Shown: piece by piece, positions 27,402 to 39,169 of the stretch | Position numbering within the stretch: the stretch's first letter is position 1 | How the letters are laid out: the number at the start of each line of letters is the position of its first letter | Origin: Mobula hypostoma | Lineage: Eukaryota | Assembly (NCBI RefSeq): GCF_963921235.1 | Contig: NC_086101.1 | Coordinates: 9,798,001 to 9,862,000, forward strand | Reading direction: 5' to 3' | Length of the DNA: 64,000 nucleotides | Position numbers and translations under genes: made by a program | Notes under the pieces: model-generated | Database searches by the model: none | What the model saw: the letters and a program-made list of their open reading frames with translations, nothing else | Told to the model about the DNA's origin: nothing

Positions 27402-27632
27402 GTTGAGAAGCAGTCTATATTGAGTTGAAGTTTATATCCAAACAGGGAGGAGTGTTGTGTGATAAAATGTTCCAGTAATATTTGCGTAAATTTGTAAATA
27501 TATTGTTTAATTTTTGTTTAATAATTCATTGTGGGTTTTATGTATAAGTATGTGAATGGCATACGTCACCAGACCACCATGTCACACCTGTGAGTCTCAC
27601 TTAAGGTAAAAATGAAGTAAACACAAGTTACA
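26300..27632 (+). mobile_element. Gypsy LTR retrotransposon relic: integrase zinc-binding region, C-terminus, PPT and partial 3' LTR; interrupted by a CR1 (26648-27045, minus) and (CA)n
   Basis: MWGLKVMVPSKLRAEVLEELRTGYLGMVKMKA..GID..QCSGCQH resembles the Gypsy H-x-G-H..C-x2-C integrase N-terminus; purine tract aaacagggaggag followed by TGTTGTG at 27453. Confidence 0.75.
27291..27398. repeat. (CA)n microsatellite with CAGA interruptions
   Basis: Read directly from the sequence. Confidence 0.97.
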
Positions 27633-28315
27633 CCTTCTACCAAAGTGTATGACCATGCACTTCCCTACACTGTATTAAATCTGTCACTTCTTTGCCCATT
27701 CTCCCAATCTGTCTAAATCCTACTGCAGATTCCCCGCTATCTGAACAGTACTTGCCTTTCCATCCACCTATCTTTGTATCGTCTGTAAACTTGGCCAAAA
27801 GCCTGTTAGTTCCATCATCCATATTGGTGACATACAATGGGAAAGCGGTCCCAATACCAATCCTGAGGCCCACCACTAGTCACCGCCTACCAATCTTGAT
27901 TTCTCTCATAACTGTGTGACCTCTCCTTCAGGAGTATCCCTGCCTCTTATCCTCTGTGCACCCTTTCTCACCCCTGCTTCCTCCAGCACTTTCACGCCAG
28001 TTCCTTTGCGGAATGCTTTTTGCTACGTGGCATCTTCCTGTGATTGCTGCAAAGAGCTCTCCTTCTCAACAGGCAACGAGATACAATCCTTGATCAGGAG
28101 ACATGTACCAATTTATCAATTGCGTGAGGCAGCGTGACAGCTGGAGGGAAAGAAGCAATGGAAGACTGAGAGATGGAGGAGCAGGAAGACATCCACTTTG
28201 TAGGGGTAGTTAGTAGAGTTATTCCTATGCTACTCAGTTACCTATTCCCACATGGAAGGAGTTCACATGCTCTGCAAGAAGGGTTATCAGTAAAGTTCAT
28301 ATGAGTATCCTATAT

Positions 28316-28966
28316 TAGGTTAGATTAGATTATGAGGACACACAGTCCTCTTTTATTGTCATTTAGTAATGCATGCATTAAGAAATGATACAATGTTCCT
28401 CCAGAATGATATCACAGAAACACAAGACAAAAAAATCTGACAAAAACCACATAATTATAACATACAGTTACAACAGTGCAAAGCAATACCGTAATTTGAC
28501 CATGGGTACGGTTAAAAAAAGTCTCAAAGTCCCACCATCTCACGCAGACAGTAGAAGGAAGAGAAACTCTCTTCCTGCCATGAACCTCCAGTGCCGCAAA
28601 CTTGCCGATGCAGCACCCTGGAAGCACCCGACCACAGCCGACTCTTGAGTCCATCCGAAAACTTCGAGCCTCCGACCAATCCTCCGACACCGAGCACCGA
28701 GCACCATCTCTGCCGAGCACTTCGACCCCAGTCCCGGCAACAGATAATAGGCAAAGCCGAGGATTTGGGGCTTTCCCCTCTGGAGATTCTCGATCACACA
28801 GTAGCAACGGCAGCAAAGCAGGCATTGCAGAAGTTTCTCCATATGTTCCTCCATGCTTCTCACGTCTGTCTCCATCAAATCAGGATTGTGCACGGTAACT
28901 ATCTAACTAATACAATATCATTTCGGAGTGGCTGCGCGCGCTGCGTCATGCCACCATCTTCTCCTC
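28316..28966 (-). mobile_element. Short non-autonomous LINE-like element with YY1-like start and (TCTAA)n tail
   Basis: Minus strand begins GAGGAGAAGATGGTGGC (CpG-decayed AAGATGGCGGC), has a CpG-rich 5' half, and ends AATAAAAGAGG..ATAATCTAATCTAACCTAA; no credible ORF. Confidence 0.7.
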
Positions 28967-29220
28967 CCCACCTCATAATGCTGGTGTCCTGGTGTGCTCT
29001 ACACTATCCCTCAATAATGAACACAACGTGGTGACAGAAGTGGCTGATCGTTGATGATTTGGTGCTACAGACCAAGTGGGATCCCCAACAAGAAAGAATT
29101 TACTATAAAACCATTCCCGTTTGCACATATCTGTGAAAAATATCCAGAGTCTTATCAACCTAAACTGCCTATGCTAGTTTCTAACTGTTTGCTAACATTA
29201 GTAGAATGTTAGCAACAGAG

Positions 29221-30930
29221 GAATGTAGAACAGAGGGAACTAGGAATAATGGTGCATAGTTCCCTGAAGGTGGAATCTCATGTGGATAGGGTGATGAAGA
29301 AAGCTTTTGGTATGCTGGCCTTTATAAATCAGAGCATTGAGTATAGGAGTTGGGATGTAATGTTGAAATTGTATAAGGCATTGGTAAGGCCAAATTTGGA
29401 GTATTGTGTGCAGTTCTGGTCACCGAATTATAGGAAAGATGTCAATAAAATTGAGAGAGTACAGAGGAGGTTTACTAAAATGTTGCCTGGGTTTCATCTC
29501 CTAAGTTACAGAGAAAGGTTGAACAACTTAGGTCTTTATTCTTTGGAGCATAGAAGGTTGAGAGGAGACTTGATAGAGGTGTTTAAAATTATGAGGGGGA
29601 TTGATAGAGTTGACGTGGATAGGCTTTTTCCATTGAGAGTGGGGGAGATTCAAACAGGAGGACATGAGTTGAGAGTTAAAGGGCAAAAGTTTAACCATAT
29701 AACCATATAACAATTACAACACGGAAACAGGCCATCTCGGCCCTTCTAGTCCATGCCAAACTCTTTCCCTATCCTAGTCCCATCGATCTGCACTCAGCCC
29801 ATAACCCTCCATTTCCTTCCTGTCCATGTATCTATCCAATTTAACTTTTAACAACAACATAGAACTTGCCTCAACCACTTCTGCTGGAAGCTCGTTCCAC
29901 ACAGCTACCGCTCTCTGAGTAAAGAAGTTCCCCCTCATGTTACCCTAAACTTTTGTCCTTCTAAATCCTTTCGCATCCCCTCAAAGTTAGCTTTTCTCCA
30001 ATCAAAAATCTCAATCCTAGGTCCAGTCCTATTCTTCTCCATAATTACACTGAAACTAATTGTATTGTGATCACTGGACCCGAAGTGCTCCCCAGCACAT
30101 ACCTCCGTCATCTGCCCTATCTCATTCCCTAACAGGAGATCCAACACTGCCCCTTCTCTAGTTGGTACCTCTATGTATTGCTGCAAAAAACTATACTGCA
30201 CACAGTTTACAAACTCCAAACCGTCCAACCCTTTTGCAGAATGGGCTTCCCAGTCTATGTGTGGAAAATTAAAATCTCCCACAATCACAACCTTGTGCTT
30301 ACTACAAATATCTGCTATCTCCTTACAAATTTGCTCCTCCAGTTCTCGGTCCCCATTAGGTGGTCTATAATACACCCCTATAAGCGTCACAACACCTTTC
30401 CCATTCCTCAATTCCACCCAAGTAGCCTCCCTAGATGAGTCCACTAATCTATCCTGCCACAGCACGGCTGTTATATTTTCTCTGACAAGCAATGCAGCAC
30501 CTCCCCCTCTTGCCCCTCCTATTCTATCACACCTGAAGCAACAAAAACCTGGAATATTTAGTTGCCAATCACACCCCTCTTGCAACCACGTTTCACTAAT
30601 AGCTGCAACATCATATTTCCAGGTATCAATCCATGCCCTAAGCTCATCCACCTTTCTTACAATGCTCCTAGCGTTAAAACGTTTAGGGGTAACATGAGGG
30701 GGAACTTCTTTACTCAGAGAGTGGTAGCTGTGTGGAACGAGCTTCCAGCAGAAGTGGTTGAGGCAGTTTCGTTGTTGTCATTTAAAGTTAAATTGGACAG
30801 ATATATGGACAGGAAAGGAATGGAGGGTTATGGACCGAGTGCAGGTCGGTGGGATTAGGTGAGAGTAGGAGCTCGGACTAGGAGGGCCGAGATGGCCTAT
30901 TTCCATGCTGTAATTGTTATATGGTTATAT
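29221..30930. mobile_element. Plus-strand CR1 3' fragment interrupted by an inverted, internally deleted CR1 of the same subfamily (29691-30679)
   Basis: Plus-strand RT C-terminus stops at gggcaaaagttt (~29692) and resumes at gtttagggg (~30681); minus ORF 29935-30651 is APE sequence fused directly to the 3' end. Confidence 0.9.
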
Positions 30931-31367
30931 TAGGCATGAGCTGAGAAAGGGCCTGGGTTGCTAGGCAATGCCTTAAAGCTACATCCAAAAGTGGAATAAT
31001 ATACATTGTCATAATATATGGCCACTAGCCTGGGGAAGTGCACAGAGGCACAGACACAGCATAGAAATCAGAGAAATCAGTCAAAATCCCAGAGAGAGGA
31101 AAGAAGAATTTTGTTGTCCAAATAAATAAAATAATAAATAAAGAAACAAACAGGAAACTGGAGCAAACACCTGCAGTACCTACACCTACTTACCGAACAA
31201 AGCCCCAAAGACATTTGATTCCTCTAAACCAGGGGAATTTGAGAGATGACTCAGACACTTTGAGAAATTTAGGGTTGTAAGCAATTTCGCATTTCAATTT
31301 GAGCATCAGGGAAACACACTGAGTGTGCTGGGTGACAAAGCAGATGATATCATGGGTGATATCACTG

Positions 31368-32280
31368 CTGGGTGGCAGTGTGAAATGTGAGGAGGATGTT
31401 ATGAGAATGCAGAGTGACTTGGACAGGCTGGGTGAGTGGGCAGATGCATGGCAGATGCAGTTTAATGTGGATAACTGTGAGGTTATCCACTTTGGTGGTA
31501 AGACAGAAAGGCAGATTATTATCTAAATAGAGTCAAGTTAGGAAAAGGGGAAGTACAACGAGATCTCGGTGTTCTTGTACATCAGTCACTGAAAGCAAGC
31601 ATGCAAGTACAGCAGGCAGTGAAGAAAGCTAATGGCATGCTGGCCTTCATAACAAGGGGAATTGAGTATAAGAGCAAAGAGGTCCTTCTGCAGCTGTACA
31701 GGGCCCTGGTGAGACCACACCTGGAGTACTGTGTGCAGTTTTGGTCTCCAAATTTGAGGAAGGACATTCTTGCTATTGAGGGAGTGCAGCGCAGGTTCAC
31801 AAGATTAATTCCCGGGATGGCGGGACTGTCATATGTTGAAAGATTGGAGCGACTGGGCTTGTATACTCTGGAATTTAGAAGGCTGAGAGAGGATCTTATT
31901 GAAACATATAAGATTACTAAGGGATTGGACACGCTGCAGGCAGGAAGCATGTTCCCGCTGATGGGTCAGTCCAGAGCCAGAGGCCACAGTTTAAGAATAA
32001 GGGGTAGGCCATTTAGAACGGAGCTGAGGAAAAACTTTTTCACCCAGAGAGGGGTGGATATGTGGAATGCTCTGCCCCAGAAGGCTGTGGAGGCCAAGTC
32101 TCTGGATGCTTTCAAGAAAGAGATGGATAGAGCTCTTAAAGATAGCGGAATCAAAGGTTATGGGATAAGGCAGGAACCGGATACTGATTGTGGATGATCA
32201 GCCATGATCACAGTGAATGGCAGTGCTGGCTCGAAGGGCCGAATGGCCTACTCCTGCACCTATTGTCTATTGTCTATTGA
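31368..32280 (+). mobile_element. CR1 3' fragment, (CTATTGT)n-tail subfamily
   Basis: ORF 31601-32197 [24 protein letters not shown]; tail ctattgtctattgtctattg. Confidence 0.93.
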
Positions 32281-32737
32281 ATTGGGACTGGCAGATACTC
32301 AGAAAAAGGAGTACAGAACAGTGCAGAACAAATTCAAAAACCATTTCACAGGAAAGCAAAATATGATATACGAGAGGGCAAAATTCAACGTCAGATGACA
32401 GGAGCCAGATAAAAGTGTAAGTGACTTCATTACAGCATTGTCTGTCCAGACAGACAATTCTGCAGAAGGAAATCTGAGAGAAGAGCATATGGAAATCTGA
32501 AAAAGGATTGTTGTTGGGATACTAGACATCACATTGTCAAAGAGACTTCACTTGTAGACAAATCTCATATTAGGGAAAGCTATGTTCAGGCTGTGAGAAT
32601 GTCCACAGCAGCAGACAGAACCCAGTCATTAAAACGATGCAGAGATAAAGCTAGATAATATACAACAGGAAGGGTGCAAACAAGATGCAGCCAGAAAGAC
32701 TACAGAAAGAGGTCACAGTGGAGCTTAGCTCAAACAA

Positions 32738-33195
32738 AGATTTACAAGGATGTTGCCTGGATTGGGGAGCATGCCTTATGAAAACAGGTTGACCTTTTCT
32801 CCTTGGAGTGACGGAGGATGAGAGGTGACCTGACAGAGGTGTATAAGACGATGAGAGGAATTGATCGTGTGAATAGTCAGATGTTATTTCCCAGGGCTGA
32901 AATGGTTGCCACAGGAGAGCACAGGTTTAAGGTGCTTGGGAGTAGGTACAGAGATGTCAGGGGTAAGTTTTTTACGCAGAAAGTGGTGAGTGCGTGGAAT
33001 GGACTGCCAGCAACGGTAGTGGGGGTGGATATGATAGGGTCTTTTAAGAGACTTTTGGATAGGTACATGGAGCTTAGAAAAATAGAGGGCTATGGGTAAG
33101 CCAAGTAATTTCTAAGGTAGGGACCTGTTCGGTGCGACTTTGTGGGCCGAAGGGCCTGTATTGTGCTGTAGGGTTTCTATGTTTCTATGTTTCAA
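32738..33195 (+). mobile_element. CR1 3' fragment with (TTTCTATG)n tail
   Basis: MRGDLTEVYKTMRG..KFFTQKVVSAWN. Confidence 0.9.
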
Positions 33196-33519
33196 TGTTT
33201 CAAAACAGACAAGCAAATCAAAGAGCAGGGAAAATGTTCAACTGTAGGAAGTCTCCATTCCACGTCAAAGAGCTCTGTCCATCAAAAGAAGTGAATGCTA
33301 CCAATGCCAAAGAGATGGCCATTATAAGAGCAAGTGTCACTCAAAAACAGTTCCTCAGGAGGTCAAGGAAAGACAATGATTTAGATGAAGAGACAGCTTT
33401 CCATGGGGCTCCAGATACAAATAGACAAGGTGCACTATGGTTCAGTTGCAAAATAAGGCAGAAATTCAAATTAGACCTGGGGCAAATGTAACATCCACCC
33501 CCCCAAATGTCTGGTCACA

Positions 33520-34790
33520 CTGTCTGTCTGTCTGTCTAGGTACCATATCCGATGCGGATGTTAGTAACCATGGTTTTCCATATAGATCTATCCCTCATTC
33601 TTTGGATGTCTTCCATTTCCTCGATGTGTAGCCACCTGGCTATGCTTTTGATGTACATAAGCCGAGGTCTTCCTCTAGGTTTACTCCCCTCAATCTTTCC
33701 AGAGAGTATGAGTTTTTCTAGTTCATCTTTCCACATGATGTGTCCTAGGAATCTGAGTTGTCTTTCTCTTATTGTTGGTGTGAGTGATCTAACTGCTTGG
33801 GCTCTTCTGAGAACTTCTTCATTTGATGTGTGTGTGGTCCATGATATTTTTAACATTCTCCTGCAGAACCATAACTCAGCTGCTTCTAGTCTCTTTTCCA
33901 TTGCTGGGGAAGTGGTCCGGCATTCACTTCCACAAGCCAGGATAGAATAAATGTAGCACTGCAGTATTCTGTTTTTAGTGTACATGCTCATCTATCTGTC
34001 TGTTAATATGGTCTTCATTTTTTGGAAAACTTCTTTCACCATTGCTATTCTGTATTTGATTGTGAATCCTTTGATGTCTTTGATGCTTCTCAAGATATTT
34101 TCACTATACAGGGGTTGAAAAGGTCTGGTGAAAAGACACAACCTTGCCTGCCTCCTCTCATGATATTCACATACTCACTCACTTCTCCTTCTATTCTGAT
34201 GGATGCTGTCTGGTCCCAGTATAAGTTTCTTAAGAAACATATATCTTTCCCATCTATGTCAAGATCTGAAGCATTTCCAGAGGATCTTGGTGTCTGACAG
34301 TGTCAAAAGCCGGTAGTCGATGAAACATAAGTAGATGTCTTTTTGTACCTGGATAGCTCGTCCACATATCATCTATAGGATGAAAATTGCATTTCTGGTT
34401 CCAGTGTTTTCCACAAAGCCACATTGTTCTTTACTGATTTCTGGTTTTATACAGCATCTTGCTTTTATCGTAATTACTCTGAGAATAATTTTTGCCATGT
34501 GGCTCATCAAGCTTATTGTACGACGTAACTCACATTCTGTTGCTCCCTCTTTCTTTGGAAGTGTGATGAACACTGATTTACTTAAATCATCAGGTATCTC
34601 CCCATGATCATAGATTTCATTTGCTATTTCTGTTATTTTCTGTATTCTAAAATCTTCTAAGGCCAGTATCGTTTGAACTGCGATGTTGTCTGGACCAGTT
34701 GTTCTGTTATGTTTTGTTTCATTTTATTTAAGGCTGCTCGAATTTCTGATTTTAGAATGCTAGGTCCTTCAAGATTCTTCTTTATGTTCA
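33520..34790 (-). mobile_element. RTE-clade LINE fragment with internal deletions and (AGAC)n tail
   Basis: FITLPKKEGATECELRRTISLMSH..KEQCGFVENTGTRNAIF; YIYSILACGSEC..RLEAAELWFCRRMLKISW..RQLRFLGHI..GKIEGSKPRGRPR. Confidence 0.9.
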
Positions 34791-35486
34791 GATTTTTTGA
34801 AGACCAAAGAGGAGAAAAACCGAACATAACTGTTCACACTACTAGCGTAGAAAACAAGCATCACACGAAACCCAACAAACAAAGTGCTCTTGGGACCAGT
34901 GTGAAAGGAATGTTTTTCACTTCCATCTGTAAAATGAGAAATAGTTAAAAGGAGATGCCTATGTTGTTCAGAATCTCTTCTCACCACTAATGGGATGCCA
35001 TGTCATTGAGAAGCCGAACTTCATTGCAAATTTGGATTTGCTAAACAATGTTCATTGGCAGGAGCAGTACCTAACTTGTTCACAGGCCTTGAGGAACTGA
35101 AAGAAGAGTACCTTATCCAACTGAGGCCAGCAGTGACACCCTACTCTCTGACCACTGTGAGGCATATTCTAGTCCCACTGATGAACTCAGTCAAAGCTGA
35201 ACTTGAGAGAATGGAAGTGCTTGACATTGTAACTAGAGTGAATGGACCCACTGACTGGTGTGCAGGCATTGTTCCTGTTCCCAGGACAGATGGTATATTG
35301 GGGATCTGTGCTGACCTAACAGAATTGAACAATGCAGTGAGGTGAGAGGTTTATTCTACTCTCTGCTGAACACACTTTGGATATGCAGGGTGGAGCAAAG
35401 TTCTTCACCAAACTAGATTCCAATCAGAGTTCTAGCAGGTCTGTTTAGCTCCTGAGTCACAGAAGTTTGTCACCTTTATCAGACCA

Positions 35487-36930
35487 TGTCAGTGCTCTAC
35501 CTTCAAGATGATAATACCCAAACAATGTTCTTTTGTTTAAACAACTTTACTTCTAACATCTCTGTGCAATACCTGAGAGCCACAAACTTTACATCCCACA
35601 ATTCCTCTTCCTCCCCCCACACACCCAAAACAGGGAGAGTTTGCATGCATACTAAATACTTAGATAGTCCAAATGAACAGAACTCAACCACCTCGCATCC
35701 TTTTCATGTATATATTTAAAAAACAAATTTGAAGAAAGTTAGACAATTTAAATGTCCATAAGGATATGGTAATTAGTTCTAACTCTTGAAGTTAATACGA
35801 TTCTTAAGGTACCAAATTCCTTCTCTAAATGCCTTAAATAGCACAAGAGCTGGAGCTCCCTTCTTTGTGAGACAGTCAGCTAGTTGCTCCTTCATAGCTG
35901 ACCATAGCATGTGATGAATTTTCTGTGTTTGGACAAGTACTTTGATGCTGCTTATTTTTAGATGAAGCTTCTTCTCTATAACTGACTTGGTGGATTTGAT
36001 GGCATCAACCAAAGAGTAGTTGTCTGTGACACAAATTATATGTAGACTGTTCTTCTTTGGGTCACAATGGAAAAGCTCGGACGAGATTGTGGCCAGAAAA
36101 ACAGTATTGTCAATACCTTCAGTCATTGCAAGTGCTCCTCCTGCCACCATACTCTGCACAACTCTTTGGATCATTTTTGCTTGCCAATAGAGGGGTGAAA
36201 ATCTTCCCTCTTCTCCCATTCATACAATGTAATGCCCCCCTTCAGTACTTCCATGAAGAAGACTTCCAAGTGAGGCATCACTGAAGACAACGGGCCTCAG
36301 TGAGTACTTCCAAGCTGTTGAATCTTCAGCTACTTTTTCAGATCGAATCTTGTCTGCCTCACATGAAGTTTGTACTGTGCAATTTTTTGTGCTGGATCCC
36401 AAGTTGCAGGCATCAAAAATGATGTCAGTTCTGCTCTGACTTGCCACCCATTGAATCTGACCTATCTTTGACCTGAGCTGTTTAGCTTCAGCTTCACTGA
36501 AGGGTGTTTCCACCGTGCGGCACATGAGGATTCCATGTGGATTGCCTGAAGATTCCTGATGCAGCTTTCTTGGTGCAGTTGTACTGTTTCACCAACACCA
36601 AGGATGTCTATCCCTACACAGTGGATTCTGTGATGTTCCTCCCATCCAACCTGAAAGGCTGACTTTAGCTGAGGGATAGCCGTTCTGAGCCTCCCCACAG
36701 GAAGTTATCTACATGACAGGCAGGTATTCCGATCACATATTTGAATCTTGCCAGTAAAAAACAGCTGGATCCACCTGTGACATCATTCCACCTGTTTTCT
36801 TTGACCTTTTTTATACCAGTAGAGAGATGCATCTGCTAGACCATACACACACTTTTTGAGTTCCACAGTGTTCCTTCAATTCTGGTTTCAGGCGGGGCTT
36901 TAATGTAAATGTCACGTGACAACCCCATTC
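35487..36930 (-). mobile_element. Ty1/Copia relic (GalEa-like): RT, RNase H, PPT and 204-bp 3' LTR
   Basis: Minus-strand LWKLKKCVYGLADASLYWYKKV, CHVDNFLWGG, RSKIGQIQWV..SRTDI, VFSDAS, VTDNYSL, QLADCLTKKG; PPT AAAAGGATGCGAGG (35691-35704); LTR TG..CA at 35690-35487. Confidence 0.85.
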
Positions 36931-37159
36931 CCTGTAAGGATGTGGATTTTATGTCCATACAATGGGGTAGCCAATCCTTTTGACATATCACTGACAGAAA
37001 TAGTCAGAGACACTCTGAACTATATGTTGGTCTTTCTGGAGTTCTTCTATGTTCTGTTCCTCAAAATGTCTAGCCACCAGACACGCATTTGCCCACCGAT
37101 TGTCCCTGGGAAGGTGGTAATGAGCGGTTTCAGCTGCTGCAGTCTATGTGGCGTCACCA

Positions 37160-37430
37160 TTTAAATCAATTCCTTAACAGTAATGCTAAATAGTGTTTAT
37201 TGAGATTTACATTATATTAACGGGGAAGGAAAAATTGGATAACGAACATGATTATTCGTGCAATTTTCTTTCCCAACTTCCACATCCAATTCCCCTGAAA
37301 ATCGATTTGCTCTTTTCTCCTGACCTTTTTCCTCGGAATCCTGGATTGCGTTCCTGCCAGCGCAACCCCCAGGTCGGTGAAGGCAGCGAACAACGGAATC
37401 TGCCCATTCTCCATGCTCCAGGTTCTGTAC
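37160..37430 (+). promoter_or_regulatory. Copy 1 (degenerate) of the triplicated promoter-like module
   Basis: CCAAT 37286-37290, then N5 and TGAAAATCG; CAGGTCGGTGAA at 37370; homologous to 39170-39460. Confidence 0.4.
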
Positions 37431-37661
37431 GTCGTTGGAATATGGGACAAAGCCGGAGCACTGCTCAGAGGAAGAATGTACAAATTCAAGGTAGAAAGCG
37501 AGGGAATCGAACCCTTGAAGGTGATGGCTGGTGCTGTAAAGATCTGTGCGGTTTAACAGCGCAGGATCCCCACCTGCTGCTGGACAGCAGTACTGCAGGA
37601 AGAACTGGCTCAGAAAAGGCTGTTAAACGAGCTGGAACAGGGTGGAGAACTTATTCCTCCA

Positions 37662-38125
37662 GTAATGTGAGCATCGCCAGTAGGACCAGCATTTACTGCC
37701 CACTGACTGCCGCTGAGTGGGCGGAAATGCTGTGCTGTAGTCTGTGTGGGGAACGAGTCTCCAAGTGCTGCTGGGCTGCGAGGTCTGGGCTTCGCGACCA
37801 TATATCAGCTGAGGCCAGATCACCAGCTACGACAGTTCCCCCGGGGAAAGAGAACCTGAAGCAGAGAGAATGGGGCAGATTCCGATGTCCGATGGTTTCA
37901 CCGACCTGACAGCAACGGCGGTGACAATCCAGGATTCCGAATGAGAGGAGAGGAGAGCAAACATTGGTCGGTGGGGATTTTCCTGCTGATTGGGGGTAAA
38001 ATTTGAAATGGTAAATTACTCATCTTATTGTTAATTATCCGCTAATGTCTTCAGTTCATAGAAAGCTAACCTCCATAAATAAATACGATTTAATATTGTT
38101 GTTCATGAATTAAGTTGAATTGATG
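37662..38125 (-). promoter_or_regulatory. Copy 2 (inverted) of the triplicated CCAAT-kB-CCAAT module
   Basis: ATTGG 37963-37967, GGGATTTTCC 37974-37983, ATTGG 37989-37993; TTCACCGACCTG ~37897-37908. Confidence 0.5.
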
Positions 38126-38789
38126 ATACAATGTCCGAACAACGTCTTAAACGATTTGAGATGAATGACTGTACTTCAGGCGCTGTGAGAAGGTTTGAAT
38201 TTGTGTCTGTGCCTTGTTACTCAGTCCATCGGATTCCTCGATCAATACCGGAATCGATGCCTTACCGCCGCGCCCCGACGTCCTGCTGCTGCGACGAGTT
38301 AACGAACTCCTATGGGACTTCCCATGGCCTATAAGACCATAAGATATAGGAGCAGAATTAGGCCCTTTAGCCCGTAGAGTCCTCTCCGCTACTTCATTAT
38401 GTCTGATCAATTTTCCCTCTCAGCCCGAATCTCCTGCCTTCTGCCGTCACCTTTCATCAAGAATCTGAGTTCAGCATACCCAAATTTAGACTGTTCAGAT
38501 TAGTAATGCTACAAAATCCGCAAACTCACGATCTGTCACCAGAAGCCGTTACGCTCAGGGGGAAGTTAAATTCTTGACGTTAAAGCTCTGTAACGCACTG
38601 TTCTTCAATCTGAAGAAACATTCGTCCCATCGGGTCGCTGCTTGCCCTCACTCCAGTTCCATCTGTCCCACCGCTCCACTCACTTCCCCCTACCCTTTTC
38701 CCTCACTCTTACCCATTAGTTCCCCTCCGCTACCCAACTCCCCCTTCCAACCAGGCACATGATATCCCACAGTTGGGTACTTTTGAGTG

Positions 38790-38925
38790 AGTCGCATATA
38801 TTTGGGATTTGACAGGAAACCGAAACAGCCGGGGAAGAATGCGCGTGGTCACAGGGAGAATGTGCGGACTCCACGCCGTCAGAAGTGGAGGTCGGGATCA
38901 GATCCAGGTCGCTGGAGTTGGGAGC
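38790..38925 (-). mobile_element. V-SINE fragment retaining CpGs
   Basis: gcgcgtggtcacagggagaatgtgcggactccac is the reverse complement of the V-domain. Confidence 0.7.
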
Positions 38926-39169
38926 CAATAGATGTTGCCGCTGGAACCGCGTTTGTGTTTGGGACAGTGCAGCGAATTTATATTAATCAGGCGGCGTCCT
39001 GAGGTGAAGGCAAGCAAACTGCAGACTCTGGAGTCTAGAAAAAGAAAACAAGAGAACACAGGAAGAACTCAGCGGGTGAAGGAGCATCCGTGGAGCTGAA
39101 AGGTGGAAATTGACGTTTCAGTTTGAGACCCTGCATCAGGATAGAGTTACTGTAATATACCGGCAATCA

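Larger units (their letters stand above)
28199..35486 (+). mobile_element. Fragmented Gypsy (Mag/K02A2.6-like) element: putative 5' LTR, PBS, gag, zinc knuckles, protease and RT N-terminus; interrupted at least five times
   Basis: PBS-like TGGTGACAGAAGTGG at 29029-29043; gag PKTFDSSKPGEFE (~31203) and FKNHFTGKQNMIYERAKFN (~32333); CRKSPFH..LCP and C-x2-DGHYKSKC knuckles (33235-33340); protease-like FKLDLGANVT (~33465); RT VKAELERME..PTDWCAGIVPVPRTDG..ICADLTELNNAVR..GAKFFTKLD (35055-35486). Confidence 0.75.

Noticed and set aside
37193..37909. 238-aa ORF
   Set aside because: It has a non-ATG start and no recognisable domain, and it runs through two oppositely oriented copies of the same module.
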